Source: an uncultured bacterium (GTDB lineage: Bacteria; Abyssobacteria; SURF-5). From it: 64,000 bases of DNA. How positions within the stretch are numbered: position 1 is the first letter of the stretch; every line of letters begins with the position of its first letter. A model generated the notes under the pieces. The model made no database searches, was not told the origin of the DNA, and worked only from the letters and a program-made list of their open reading frames with translations. Shown one piece after another: positions 28,394 to 39,521 of this stretch. Where the stretch lies: positions 1-64,000 of the forward strand of contig CAZSKP010000012.1 of the NCBI GenBank assembly GCA_964607485.1, in the 5' to 3' direction. The translations under genes were made by a program, and so were the position numbers.

Positions 28394-28840
28394 TTGATGT
28401 ATGCAGAGGAGTTATCGATGTTGGACTCAGCTCGAGGAGGGCGTCGCCGCACTCCGGCGTCGAGAAAGCTTGCCGCCGCGTTGCCGATTGCACTCTTCCT
28501 TGTCGTCTATTTTTCGGGAGATGTGTGTGCCGAGACTCGGATATATCATCTGCGTGTCACACTCCGCAGCGGCCAAAGATACGAGACACTCTCCACGTTT
28601 GACCCGATAAATTATTGCCATGAAAACGGCGGGTCGGTTGTGCGGCTGCGCGATCTCTCTCTCATCTACAGCGCGGAGATGAAGGTGAAAATATTGCGCA
28701 CGTGGATTGACCCGCGCCCTAACATTGCCGTGCATTGGCGAGAGATACTCCGCGCGAACAATATGCTGTCCAACAAGAACCATAAGGCGCTTCCGCGCGT
28801 GGGGCCGCTCTCGCTGGCGGACATGCAGCGGCCTGAATAG
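28394..28840 (+). CDS. Hypothetical exported protein
   Basis: Hydrophobic N-region; abuts the upstream gene. Confidence 0.55.
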   Translation: MMYAEELSMLDSARGGRRRTPASRKLAAALPIALFLVVYFSGDVCAETRIYHLRVTLRSGQRYETLSTFDPINYCHENGGSVVRLRDLSLIYSAEMKVKILRTWIDPRPNIAVHWREILRANNMLSNKNHKALPRVGPLSLADMQRPE

Positions 28841-28924
28841 ACGTCGGTCGGCGGGAAACGCAGTTCCCGCCGAGGCTGGCGGAAGGTCATTCTCAGAAGT
28901 TTTCGGAGATTTGGGGAAAGGGCA

Positions 28925-29713
28925 ATGCAGACATCGAAACGATATTCAAAGAACAAGAGTGCGTCCTCAGTGAGGGTCATGGAAATCGGCCATTCGACCA
29001 TGCTGATTGAACTGGCCGGGGTGAGGATTCTCACCGACCCGTGGTTCACCGATCCCATTCTCGGCGTTGTCACTCATTCGAGAACTATAGGGCTGGAGGT
29101 CGAGCAGGTGCCCGAACTCGACCTGATTCTCATCTCGCACGGCCACTTTGACCACTGCGACCTGAAGGCCCTCGCCAAGCTGAACAAGTCCGCCGTCGTC
29201 ATCGTTCCTGAGAAAAAGACAGCGGCCCGCATACGGAAACTTGGATATTCCGAGATTACCGTCCTCGCGCCGTGGGAGTCGAGGCTTGTCTCCAAGGTAT
29301 GCATCACCGCGTTGCCCGCCCGGCATCTGGCTCCCGAATGCACATATGTCATATCGAGCGGCGATGCGGCGGTGTATTTCGGCGGTGATACGCGCTACAT
29401 GAAGGAATTTCAGCAAGTGGGCGAAAAGTTCGACCTGACGGTGGCGCTGCTGCCTATGAACGGGCTCAGCTTTCCCTTCGTCGGGAGAGTGGTGATGGAC
29501 CCCGTGGACGCGGCCGAGGCGGCGGTCCAACTGAAGGCGCGAGTCGTCATTCCCACTCACTATAATATATCGATAACGGTCCCGTTCCTGAAGGCGCTGT
29601 TCGACCGGGGCGCTCCCGGAACGCCGGAACAGTTTGCCGCAGAACTGAGGCGCCGCAACCGCCATGTGAAAGTGGTCGCGCTCAGTCCCGGCGAGAGCTG
29701 GCAAAGCGAGTAA
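28925..29713 (+). CDS. MBL-fold metallo-hydrolase
   Basis: GHST, ILTDP, SHGHFDHCD, YFGGDT, IPTHY. Confidence 0.9.
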   Translation: MQTSKRYSKNKSASSVRVMEIGHSTMLIELAGVRILTDPWFTDPILGVVTHSRTIGLEVEQVPELDLILISHGHFDHCDLKALAKLNKSAVVIVPEKKTAARIRKLGYSEITVLAPWESRLVSKVCITALPARHLAPECTYVISSGDAAVYFGGDTRYMKEFQQVGEKFDLTVALLPMNGLSFPFVGRVVMDPVDAAEAAVQLKARVVIPTHYNISITVPFLKALFDRGAPGTPEQFAAELRRRNRHVKVVALSPGESWQSE

Positions 29714-29750
29714 CCGGGATAAGTGAGTCTCTTGTTCATCCATCGATACT

Positions 29751-31427
29751 TTGATGATCACGCATCAGTCCGAAGACGCGACGTTCCAGGCAGAATCCGG
29801 CGGTCGGCCCATGTTGCTGAAGTGGCGAAGCGCCATCGGTGCGGCGGTGTTGTTCGCCATCCTGTTAGAGAGTGCTTTTGTGTACTTGCCGGTGGCGCGT
29901 TTGGACCGGTATGAGTCTGACGATTACATTTTCCTGTCTCAAATCGCACGGCATGGCCTGGCTGAGTCTCTTGTAATTCCATGGAATGACCATTTCATTC
30001 CACTGTACCGCCTATTCTTGGGAGGCCTGGATCATCTTTTCGACACCGCCGTTCCCATCCGGTTCGTAATCCTGCTCTTTCATCTGCTGAACGTATGGTT
30101 CATCTTCCACATCGTCTTCACACACACGAAATCCATCACACTCTCATCCATTTCATCGTTGGTTTTCGGAACGGCATTGCAGCCGGTGTTCTGTTTCTTT
30201 AGCTGCATAAACGGCCATTGGCTAATGAGCTTAAGCTCAATTTTGCTCATGAGCATCTGCCTCGACAAGTTCATCGAACAACTCAGGGACACTGCCTCTC
30301 TATCCTTTCCTGTGGGGAAGCAGCCCGAAGGGGACGAAGGAAGTGCGAATCGGCCCCTAGAAACGCAAAGCGGCGTCCGCGCCCTCCCCTATCGGCCGCC
30401 GCTAAGATACTATTATGCAGGGCTGGCCTCGTTCGTCGTCGGCCTCGGAATCTTCTCGCTGACCTTGTTCGCCGGAGTGGCCCTATGGGTGTACATGTAC
30501 ACGCGTCTGCTCTTCATAGAAAAGCTCAGAAAACGCTTCTGGTTTCACGCAAAGGCCATACTCCCCTTTCTTGTAATCCTGGCTGCTTACCTGATGCTTC
30601 GCTCGTATTTCAATCACAAGTACTATTATTATCAAATTTGGTGGGGAATGCGTTTGGCAAGCCCCACGGAGATGCCAAACATGGGATTGGTGGCGGCCAT
30701 GCCGAAGGAATTCTACCTGGCCGCCGCCAAAAGGATGTTGCCCGTCCAGACAAAATATTATGTCCCGGTTCTTGTCCTGTTAGGTCTGTTGCTGATAAAA
30801 GAACTGGCATTCAGATGGAGAGAGGCGCATGTCCCGACATTCTGGTCGATTTTGGGATTGATGACGCTTGCTATTTCTGTCTCGGGCCGAATTATACTAA
30901 GGCTCGTGATTGCCCCGGTCCTCGGTTCAGTTCTCGAGTGGCGCCTGTTCTGCTATCCGGTTGCGGCGATGTCAATCGTGCTGGGGCTGCTGCTCAGGCC
31001 CCCTCCTTTTCTCGAGCGAGCGACTTCCCGACTTCCAGGCATCGTTCGCGGGCTGGTATGCACGGCGTTCGTGGGGACCTTGTTCGTTCTGACCATCGGG
31101 AACGCAAAGACTATAGAAGCTTTGGCGGATGTCAAGAAGGAAGAACAAATGCAGTTCTATCGGGTCGCGACTCAGCACAAGGAATCGATGACTCTGTTCC
31201 TGCATTCTTCCCGCTACTCACCCGGGAACAAGTTCTTTATCTTAAACGGCCCGGTTGCCCCGTTCGATAAATTCCCTGCAGGCATGTTCGTCGCGAAGGA
31301 CGACCTCTTTCAATTGTACTTCCCACGTATCCAGAACATACACTTCGTGAATCAAGTGCAGGCGGACGAGTACAAAGAGCTGTACGTGTGGACCGCAAGA
31401 GCCGTCGAACGGGAAAATGCTCGATGA
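29751..31427 (+). CDS. Polytopic membrane protein, possible GT-C-fold glycosyltransferase
   Basis: SDDYIFL after TM1, WNDHFIPL, HLLN, many TM helices. Confidence 0.55.
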   Translation: MMITHQSEDATFQAESGGRPMLLKWRSAIGAAVLFAILLESAFVYLPVARLDRYESDDYIFLSQIARHGLAESLVIPWNDHFIPLYRLFLGGLDHLFDTAVPIRFVILLFHLLNVWFIFHIVFTHTKSITLSSISSLVFGTALQPVFCFFSCINGHWLMSLSSILLMSICLDKFIEQLRDTASLSFPVGKQPEGDEGSANRPLETQSGVRALPYRPPLRYYYAGLASFVVGLGIFSLTLFAGVALWVYMYTRLLFIEKLRKRFWFHAKAILPFLVILAAYLMLRSYFNHKYYYYQIWWGMRLASPTEMPNMGLVAAMPKEFYLAAAKRMLPVQTKYYVPVLVLLGLLLIKELAFRWREAHVPTFWSILGLMTLAISVSGRIILRLVIAPVLGSVLEWRLFCYPVAAMSIVLGLLLRPPPFLERATSRLPGIVRGLVCTAFVGTLFVLTIGNAKTIEALADVKKEEQMQFYRVATQHKESMTLFLHSSRYSPGNKFFILNGPVAPFDKFPAGMFVAKDDLFQLYFPRIQNIHFVNQVQADEYKELYVWTARAVERENAR

Positions 31428-31724
31428 GGCGGGCAAATTCCCCTCGGAAATCATTGACAAAAGCGTCGCAAAGCTGATAATATTTATGTGCATTTGTTCT
31501 TGTCTCAAGCCTTCGATTCATAAAAAGAATGTTCGCCTGGTTCGAGCCATTTCTGCAAGGCGAATGTTCGTGGCGGAAGTCCAGAAAGGGCAGCTCCTTA
31601 TTCTTGTGTAGGAACACGCGCGCCAGGTCGAGAAAGCGATATCCCCCTTCTTTCCCCGTTTCTCCATAAATCTCACTCACGAGGATCCAGTATGTGGAAC
31701 AGCATACACGGCAGGAGTTGATAG

Positions 31725-33221
31725 ATGGCCGGTAAGAATCGCATATTACTTTTCTATCCCAGGTTCAACACGGAAAAGGGCGGCAGGTCATCCGCGACGA
31801 GCATATTCCTTCCGCTGTCATTGCTCTATGTGGCAAATCCCCTGTTGGAAGGCGGCTTCGATGTCACTATACTGGATGGTCGCCTGGAAGATTACAGGCC
31901 TAAGGTATTGGAGTTGAAGGACGAACTGCTTGCGTGCGGTGTGAGCTGCCAAATCCCCCAGATAAAACACGGCCTTGAGTTTTCCCGATTTGTGAAGAGC
32001 CTGGATGAGAATATTCCTATCGCATGGGGCGGATGGTATCCCACCACCCATCCGGAGCAGACGATTGCGGACCCCGCGATAGATTTCGTGGTCAAAGGCG
32101 AAGGTGAGGTCACGTTTTCGGAGCTGTGCGCGAGACTCCGAGACGGGGAGAGCGTCCAAGACCTGCAGGGAATCGTTTATATGAAGCAGGGAGAAATGGC
32201 GAGCAGCCCGGATCGTCCTCTCTTGAAGGAATATCCTTCAAAACGCCTGCCGTACGAGTTGTTGAAAATGGAGGCCTACCATATAGCCAACGGTACGATT
32301 AACTATGTGAGCAGCCGAGGATGTCCTCACAATTGCAGATTCTGCAGCATACATGGGTACACAAGACAATGGAAGGGGCTGAAGGCCGAGCAGATAGTCT
32401 CCGACCTGGCGTTTCTCAAATCGGAATTCGGAGTTCATAGCGTGATATTCCACGACGACAATTTCTGTGCGAATCCGAAAAGGGTCAGAGAGTTCGTCCA
32501 TCTGTTGGCCGAAGCACGTCTGGAGATCACATGGATGTGCAACTCTCACGTTCGCGAATTGAGCTTTCTCGATCAAGAGACATTTGACATGTGCCGCCAG
32601 TCGGGTTTGAGCAGGATGTCTATCGGCGTGGAGTCGGGCTCGCAGAAGACATTGGACTTCATCCGGAAGGCCTATAAAGTAAAGGAACTCGCGCCGGTGC
32701 TGGAGCGAATCCATAAGGCATCGATTCCTCTTCGTACGTTTTTCATCATCGGCTTTCCGGATGAGAGCGAAGCCGACCTTGAAGAAACATTCTCGTTGAT
32801 GAAGCACGTGGCCGAAACGTACCCGGACAGCGAATTGATAATGAGACTCTATCATCCGATTCCCGGGACGGACCTGTATGATTACGAGAAACAGAGCGAG
32901 ATTCCCATCCGGTTTCCGGAAACAATCGATGAAATGTCGGAGATCGAGCTCGACGTGGGCCACCCGTGGGACCCCGAGAGTTCCCATCTTATGAGCTATC
33001 GTGACCGAGAGTTCTTGAGAAAGAAGAGCTTCTATTTCTGGCTCGCTTACATATCTCCATCCGTGAAGAACAGGAGGAAGGCGGGCCGTTTCAAAATGAT
33101 GTTTGAGCTGCTTTCTCGCGCGGCAAGATTTCGATCCGAGAAAAACTTCTTCTCACTCCCAGTCGAATGGTGGAATTACAGGCTTCTGCAAGCTCTGAGA
33201 GGCAAGCACTCCCGGAATTAG
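31725..33221 (+). CDS. B12-binding-domain radical SAM protein
   Basis: PLSLLY, WGGWYPT, GEGE, SRGCPHNCRFC, DDNF, GVESGS. Confidence 0.92.
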   Translation: MAGKNRILLFYPRFNTEKGGRSSATSIFLPLSLLYVANPLLEGGFDVTILDGRLEDYRPKVLELKDELLACGVSCQIPQIKHGLEFSRFVKSLDENIPIAWGGWYPTTHPEQTIADPAIDFVVKGEGEVTFSELCARLRDGESVQDLQGIVYMKQGEMASSPDRPLLKEYPSKRLPYELLKMEAYHIANGTINYVSSRGCPHNCRFCSIHGYTRQWKGLKAEQIVSDLAFLKSEFGVHSVIFHDDNFCANPKRVREFVHLLAEARLEITWMCNSHVRELSFLDQETFDMCRQSGLSRMSIGVESGSQKTLDFIRKAYKVKELAPVLERIHKASIPLRTFFIIGFPDESEADLEETFSLMKHVAETYPDSELIMRLYHPIPGTDLYDYEKQSEIPIRFPETIDEMSEIELDVGHPWDPESSHLMSYRDREFLRKKSFYFWLAYISPSVKNRRKAGRFKMMFELLSRAARFRSEKNFFSLPVEWWNYRLLQALRGKHSRN

Positions 33222-33257
33222 TGACCTGCGTATAAGTGAGACAAAGCCGTATTTTTT

Positions 33258-33335
33258 GTCATTCCCGCGCAAGCGGGAATCCAGAATATCACAATAATTG
33301 CAGGCCTACTGGATGCCCGCTTCCGCGGGCATGAC
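33258..33335. repeat. GTCATTCCCGCG...CGCGGGCATGAC palindromic repeat between convergent genes
   Basis: gtcattcccgcgcaagcgggaatccag / ctggatgcccgcttccgcgggcatgac. Confidence 0.8.
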
Positions 33336-33412
33336 GACATTCCTTGCATTACCCATGCAGAAATTTATAATGCTCCGGCCGGCGACTCTCTTTCCACGCG
33401 CATGGTTCACCA

Positions 33413-34408
33413 TCATGGGCCGCCCGCGTCGGCCCCCAGCAGAAGGACGAACTCTCTGAACAGCTCCTGGTCGAGCGCCTCCTTCATCTCATCGCGCATG
33501 ATGCCGAGCGCGGGGAACGACCGCTCCGCCAACTTGTACGCCCGCCGCGTCGTGAGCGCGTCGAAGATGTCCACCAGCGCGGCAAGCCGAGCATGGGGGT
33601 GCACCGCGGCGCCCCTCAGTCCGCGAGGATAGCCGGAGCCGTCGAGCTTTTCGTGATGAGCCACGACGATGATGAGGGCTTCCTCGCTCACCTGCCCCGA
33701 ACCGCGAAGCAGCCTGACGCCGTTTTCCGGATGCTCTTTCATGATGGCCCATTCGTTCTTGTTGAGCGGGCCCCGCTTGTTGAGGATTCTCTGATCAATG
33801 AGGCTCTTGCCGACGTCGTGAACGATAAGGCCGGAGCCGATGGTATTCATCTCCTCTTCGCTGTACCGACCGAGCCGGTGCGCGAGCCCGATGCCGAACA
33901 CGGCCACATTCACGGAATGGGTGTACGTGTAGTAGTCGAACGACGTGCTCGCAAGCAGGCTGAAGAACGCCTGCGAATCATTGAGCATGTAGTTGACGAG
34001 GTTCGATATGACGGCTTTCGAGCGATGTATGTGCTCGCCCGAGCGGGGGTTCTCCAACAGCTCCTCCACGAGGCCCGTGGCGCAGGTGTATGCGATCTCC
34101 GATTTTTCCTCTATCGGGACCGCCTCGTCCGCGATGATGCCGTCGAGATTCCGCTCGAGGTAGATTTGATACTCCTTCTTGTCCGAAACGTCGATATACA
34201 GGGCGTCGGTTCCGTGGTCGGTCAGGTTGCTTCGCGTGCGCTCGGTAAACGACAGATTCCTCCTGCGATACAGGACGAAGCGCTCCTTTCGATTGCGTTC
34301 CACGAGTCTCATGTACATGTCGAAATTCGTCACGGTATCCATGCGGAGACTGTGAAGCGATATCGGATGGTACTTCGCGTGAACCTTGTCAGTCTGTTTT
34401 CTCGCCAT
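33413..34408 (-). CDS. HD-GYP domain phosphohydrolase
   Basis: YTYTHSVNV, HDVGK, HHEKLDGSGYP, DIFDALT. Confidence 0.93.
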   Translation of the reverse strand: MARKQTDKVHAKYHPISLHSLRMDTVTNFDMYMRLVERNRKERFVLYRRRNLSFTERTRSNLTDHGTDALYIDVSDKKEYQIYLERNLDGIIADEAVPIEEKSEIAYTCATGLVEELLENPRSGEHIHRSKAVISNLVNYMLNDSQAFFSLLASTSFDYYTYTHSVNVAVFGIGLAHRLGRYSEEEMNTIGSGLIVHDVGKSLIDQRILNKRGPLNKNEWAIMKEHPENGVRLLRGSGQVSEEALIIVVAHHEKLDGSGYPRGLRGAAVHPHARLAALVDIFDALTTRRAYKLAERSFPALGIMRDEMKEALDQELFREFVLLLGADAGGP

Positions 34409-34438
34409 GGGTCGTTGCGTTCGGATTGTCAGCCGGGC

Positions 34439-35773
34439 TCAGTCTACATCCATCGCACAGCGAAACCCGATGAAGGCGTAGTTCCGGCCCTCGGGCCTGA
34501 CTCCGGGCGCGCCGGGGAAAGCGCAGAACCGCATCGAACAACGCGCCAGAAAATCGTTGCCGCCATAGTAGGAACCTCTCACAACCTTCTTCCTCGGGTC
34601 GAACGTGACATCCTTCGACGTATTGCCGGGATAGGCGACGAAATTGCTCGATGTCCATTCCTGCACGTTTGCGGCCATATCGAGGACGCCGTAGGGGCTC
34701 TTGTCGCCCTCGAAGCTGCCGACCGGGGCGGTGCCGGAGCCGAGGTTGCACAGCCCGCGCTCGAATATGTTGCCCCAGGGCCATTTCCTGCCGTCGGTGC
34801 CACGAGCGGCTTTCTCCCACTCCTCTTCCGTCGGCAGCCGCTTGCCCGCCCACGCCGCATACGCCTGCGCGTCGTGCCAACTGATTCCGGTGACCGGATG
34901 GTCGGCCTTCTCTGGCGGGAAGCTGTGGTCGGGCCTGAATTTCTTGTATTCCGCGTTCGTGACCTCGTGTTTGTCCATCAGAAAAGGTTTGACATTCACG
35001 ATATGTTCCGGCTTTTCCGACGCCAGCAGCAACAGCCGGCTCACACCTTCCCGGCGCGACGGGTCCACCGGCATGTTGTCCGCATCGCTGTCATTGTCGT
35101 TACCCATCAGGAACCCGCCGCCCGGAATGTAGACCATCTCGGGATGTTTCCTGAGCAGGGCGGCCGTTCTGGGAGAAACGGCGTCTTTTCCCTTCTTCGG
35201 ATGTTGCTCCTCCGGCTGCTGCGCGGGAACGCTTCTATCCTTTGATTTCTTGGACGGAGAGAAGATGAGGCGGGCAAGCTCCTCGATCTTGGCCGGAATG
35301 TCATCGACGCTTCGCGCCCACGCGCGTTCTATCCGAACCCGCTCGACGTTCGAGAGGTCCACCAGCCGGAGCGTGACGCCGTACTGTTGATTCCACAGGT
35401 AAACGCTCCCGCCGAGGAGGTGGGTGGAACCTGTCGATTTCATCAGAGTTCTTGCCGTCGAGGGAGAGATGCTGTCGGCATCGATGGACGACCTCAGCCG
35501 AGCCAGCTCGGCCGCCTGCGCGCCGGTGATCATGCGGACTTCCGGGGCGGCCCGTGTGATCGAGTCCATGAGCCACTTTGTCGCAATCGGGCCGGCGTTC
35601 TGCACGCCTATATCGTTTTCCACGCGCACAGCCAACACGATGACCTTTCCCCGTGCCGCCCCCGCCGCTTCGGAGCAGAAAAGGGACAAGATGCAGAACA
35701 GGCCGACTGCGTAGTTGTGGAGAAGGCGTGCGCGCATATTAAGAGGTGTTCGGCTCATAGGAATCGCCAACAA
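34439..35773 (-). CDS. Exported FGE-sulfatase (SUMF1) domain protein with an N-terminal CsgG/TolB-like domain
   Basis: EVTNAEY, RLPTEEEWEKAARG, DMAANVQEW, GFRCA; start uncertain. Confidence 0.85.
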   Translation of the reverse strand: MLAIPMSRTPLNMRARLLHNYAVGLFCILSLFCSEAAGAARGKVIVLAVRVENDIGVQNAGPIATKWLMDSITRAAPEVRMITGAQAAELARLRSSIDADSISPSTARTLMKSTGSTHLLGGSVYLWNQQYGVTLRLVDLSNVERVRIERAWARSVDDIPAKIEELARLIFSPSKKSKDRSVPAQQPEEQHPKKGKDAVSPRTAALLRKHPEMVYIPGGGFLMGNDNDSDADNMPVDPSRREGVSRLLLLASEKPEHIVNVKPFLMDKHEVTNAEYKKFRPDHSFPPEKADHPVTGISWHDAQAYAAWAGKRLPTEEEWEKAARGTDGRKWPWGNIFERGLCNLGSGTAPVGSFEGDKSPYGVLDMAANVQEWTSSNFVAYPGNTSKDVTFDPRKKVVRGSYYGGNDFLARCSMRFCAFPGAPGVRPEGRNYAFIGFRCAMDVD

Positions 35774-36020
35774 TTTTAGTGAAAATGCAGTGGGCTGTCA
35801 ATCCGGTTCGGGTTTTGCCGCCGCCACAGCGCAGGACTGGGCACATGTCGGCGGAACGTTTGGAACAATCTCAAAAAAGGGGTTCAGTGGACTTGCAATT
35901 TGAGCAATCAATGTTACAATTTCACTAGATAGGGGGCCACGCAACAGTGGCAGGCATCGCTATACGTTTGTTATACTTAGAAAGGGCGCGGTCGAAAGCC
36001 GCGAAAAGAAGGAGGGGATT

Positions 36021-36551
36021 ATGAACGTGTTCGTATGCAGGATTTGTGGAGACCCATATGTGGGCAACACCAAACCTTCAAATTGTCCTCATTGCGGCGC
36101 GCCTGCGAAGTACATAATTCTCGCCGAGAACTGGGCGGAGCCGGAGATTCCCGAACTGAGCGACGTCTCGAGAAAGCACCTCGAGGCTTCATTGAAACTG
36201 GAGGTGGATAACGTCCAGTTTTACCGTTGCGCCACGAACGCCGCCGCCGACTCCCAGGCGCGGGCGATGTTCAAAGCGCTCTCAAAGATAGAGGCGGAGC
36301 ATGCCGCCACCGTCTGCAAACTCCTCAAGCGACCCAAGGAGGCCATCGAGGACAATCCCGCCACCTGCAGCGCCACCACGCAGGAGGAGCACCTTCAGGA
36401 AGCGCTCCGGCGCGAAGAGCAAGCGGTCAAGTTCTACACGTCGGCCGCCGACTCTGCCGTGGAACCGGTCGTGAAAGAGTTTTTCGAAGCACTCGTCGAA
36501 ATCGAGAGCGACCACATAAGCCTCTCGAATCTCGGTTTGGGGATAGCGTGA
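36021..36551 (+). CDS. Rubredoxin + ferritin-like (reverse rubrerythrin-type) protein
   Basis: CRIC...CPHC followed by EAEH and ESDH diiron motifs; AAGGAGG RBS. Confidence 0.85.
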   Translation: MNVFVCRICGDPYVGNTKPSNCPHCGAPAKYIILAENWAEPEIPELSDVSRKHLEASLKLEVDNVQFYRCATNAAADSQARAMFKALSKIEAEHAATVCKLLKRPKEAIEDNPATCSATTQEEHLQEALRREEQAVKFYTSAADSAVEPVVKEFFEALVEIESDHISLSNLGLGIA

Positions 36552-36571
36552 CCGGTTGATATACCCCATTA

Positions 36572-37897
36572 TCACTCTTTTCTGAAAAACAGTGGTAGAA
36601 TCTGCCATAACCACAGACAGATTAGTATCGCATATACGATGATTGGGACCGTGAAAATTGATGAAAAATAAACGAGGCAGACGGCCATAGCACATGCTAT
36701 TACCCTTTCTCCCTCTTTTGTTGTAAAAAAGAGAAATATTATGGACGGTAGTGGGGCTCCAAGCATGTAGAAGTCCCAGATGAGAGGAAGGGGTAAGAGT
36801 GTTATGAAAAACCAAGGTAACACATTGCTACCCGGTTTTTTTGATACAAAACACGCAATACCACTTAATAGCAGTATGGTAGTTATTGAAACAATTAGTT
36901 TGAAATCGTTGGGAATGTATCTCAGTGGAGAGATATTATGTTTCCATACTTCTTGGAATAGATCTCCCACGAGTGTTTTTGGAACTTCCGTCAGAAAAAT
37001 ATAATAATTTTCAATTGAACTTCCTACTATCAGCAGGCTTCCAAGAAAGCCAAGACATCCAGAAAATACAACACCTCCTATTGTATAGAAGTTCTTATTC
37101 TTCCAACTTGAGAAGAAAGGAAGATTAGAACTAGGAGTAAGTATGGTTTTATCATAAAACTCACTCCCAAGAACATACCTCCTAAAACATCTACCCATTT
37201 TTTCCTTGAAGAGTATTCACATAATAGGTAAATGAACACAAAGGCGGAGGCCCATATGACCACATTTCCACACTCTATAATCTGAGTTGCGGGAATGAAA
37301 CTAACGATACAAATACAGAGCAAGGAAACAACACTTAATCCTGAAGGGAGTCCTTCTCTTTTTACATATATTCCAAAAGATAGTATGATGCAGAGCATTA
37401 TGCTGATTATAGAGATATAGTTCCCCAAAGTGATAAATCTCTTAAAAGTTCCTAAATCTTCACTTCCCAACCTTAAATAAGCACTTTAGAAATGCGAATA
37501 ACGTTGGAGTGCTTACATTTCTCGCGTTTGTATAGGGGACATCCATTAAAGCTCCCTCATAAAGGAATTGAAAATCTACGCCCCCATGAATTACCGGAAC
37601 CTGTGTTACCCATGTTATAGAGACGTAACTTAGGAAGTAAATGGGTAAGATTAGAAAAAAGAGCAGAGATAGTTTTGCAATTCTCTTACCGCTCCTCTCC
37701 AAAGTCCCTTTGACTAGTTTTGCGAAGAATAAGGTAGCAAAGAATAGAGACAAAAACCATGGCAGTTCTCTTAACAAAATGACAATCACTCCTTTCTGAA
37801 AGACAATGGCACGTGAGATGTCCCCGTTTTTGGTGTGAAGTGCGAGATTCACAAAGGACGGCCTGTCACCGCATCCTCCTTTTACCACCAAAAACAT
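36572..37897 (-). pseudogene. Frameshifted GT87/DUF2029-like membrane glycosyltransferase (three fragments)
   Basis: Fragments carry consecutive motifs DFQFLY..PY, ECGNV...MIKPY, LIWDFY; shifts near 37470 and 37120; AT-rich. Confidence 0.65.
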
Positions 37898-38025
37898 TCA
37901 CGTAGTTCACATTCCATCCACTGGTCTCTCATGATTGGTCCGGGTAATCCTAACTCCGCCGACACAAGAAAGGATCGGATTCACTACCGGAATTATTAAA
38001 GCTCGCAGAATATGGTGAGAGAATC

Positions 38026-38088
38026 CGAAGGGCCGAATTTATTCGGCCAATTCTCGCAGGAAATGTGCGAATGAATTCGCACCTACAC
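38026..38088. repeat. GTAG-type REP doublet
   Basis: ggccgaatttattcggcc and tgtgcgaatgaattcgcacctacac hairpins; homologous to 7442-7493. Confidence 0.7.
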
Positions 38089-38210
38089 TTGCAAAACCTT
38101 TTGGAAGACGTCATCACTGTATTATGCGCGTTTCAATAATCTATTTGACAAATGGTTGTTATTGTGATAGATAATGTTAAGTATAAAGAAAAACTGACCT
38201 AGCTGCAAGG

Positions 38211-39521
38211 ATGAAATGCGCTTACTTTGTTTTAAGTATTAGAGCTATGAACTGGCAGAAATTCATTACGTGGTGTCTTGTTATTCTTTTTATAAGCTTT
38301 GCCTCTGCCTATTCAATTATGGGCTTTGGGCGCTCCTTTGAAATTAATGCGGGTGGCGCTGGAATATACAAGTTCGACCGTATGCAAAGTATCATCCTTG
38401 CCAAATCCTTTCTTGCTCGCGATTTCTCCTGCTACAAGAGGGGGTATAGAGGAGAATTTCTAACAGGTATTGGCAGATTTCATACTTACCCTCCTGTCTC
38501 AGGATTGGTAGTTATGCCCATGGTGCTTGCCTCAAAGTGCATAGGAATGGGAAACGATGATTTGTTCAACATCGTCATCCTACCATTTATTTTTTTGAGC
38601 GGTTTCGGCGTTTTGCTCGTTTTCAGTGTCTCGCAGAAGTATGCGAATAACCACTATACACCAGGTGGGCTGGTTTTGACGAGCATTTTCCTGTTTTCCG
38701 GTCTCCTGTTCTACTCGGTTGTTGAAGAGGGCAAACTCGAGGGGGTCGTGGCTTTCTTCATACTATTAGGGGTTTTCTTTCTGCCGGAGAGGAAGGTCTT
38801 GAGCGGAATCTGCTTCGGCCTAGCTCTCTGTACGAAACAGATAGCCGTCCTGTGTGTCATACCCACGTTTTTCGTTCTGGTTCGTGAAGGAAGTTACAGA
38901 AACCTGCTCAAATGGCTCTCAGGCCTAACTGTGGTCGTGGCGATTGTGTTGATCCCTTTCATCTGGGGCTCTGGACCTAAAGACATGTATATCGCCATGT
39001 TCAAGAACTTCGAGCTTCACAAAATTCAGAAGGACACCCCTTTCGGCTACCTGTACATGCTCATAAAACTTCTGCTTGGAGATGAGAGCGGAAGTATCGA
39101 ACGATTCATGCAGCTTTCCGCAAACAACGTGGTACTCTCAGCCTGCGTTTTGATCAGTCTCCTTCTCGTCTTGAAAAGGAACATCGATCTCTCGGCGCCG
39201 GAACGATACTTTGCCCTTCTTGTCGTTTGTTCCTTTCTGTTTATAACTTTCGGGAAATGGTATGCACCCGGTACCTATGAAGTAATGCCCTTGTACATCT
39301 TCCTCCTTTGGGCGGTTACTGCGGACGAAACCACGTCCTGCGGGATTCTGCTTCTGCTCCAAGCATTCATTGTGTGCTCATGGCCCGCTACTCTTTATAA
39401 GAAAGAATTACTGATACTACTATATGTCGTGATCTCTATCTATGTATACCACAAGACATTTCGCGCTAAGGGGCACGAACCGCTGATATCGCGCAAGCAA
39501 TATCTCAAGCCAGCGTCCTAA
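38211..39521 (+). CDS. GT-C-fold (GT87-like) membrane glycosyltransferase
   Basis: YPP, EEGKLEG, GLALCTKQ motifs, many TM helices; AT-rich. Confidence 0.65.
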   Translation: MKCAYFVLSIRAMNWQKFITWCLVILFISFASAYSIMGFGRSFEINAGGAGIYKFDRMQSIILAKSFLARDFSCYKRGYRGEFLTGIGRFHTYPPVSGLVVMPMVLASKCIGMGNDDLFNIVILPFIFLSGFGVLLVFSVSQKYANNHYTPGGLVLTSIFLFSGLLFYSVVEEGKLEGVVAFFILLGVFFLPERKVLSGICFGLALCTKQIAVLCVIPTFFVLVREGSYRNLLKWLSGLTVVVAIVLIPFIWGSGPKDMYIAMFKNFELHKIQKDTPFGYLYMLIKLLLGDESGSIERFMQLSANNVVLSACVLISLLLVLKRNIDLSAPERYFALLVVCSFLFITFGKWYAPGTYEVMPLYIFLLWAVTADETTSCGILLLLQAFIVCSWPATLYKKELLILLYVVISIYVYHKTFRAKGHEPLISRKQYLKPAS

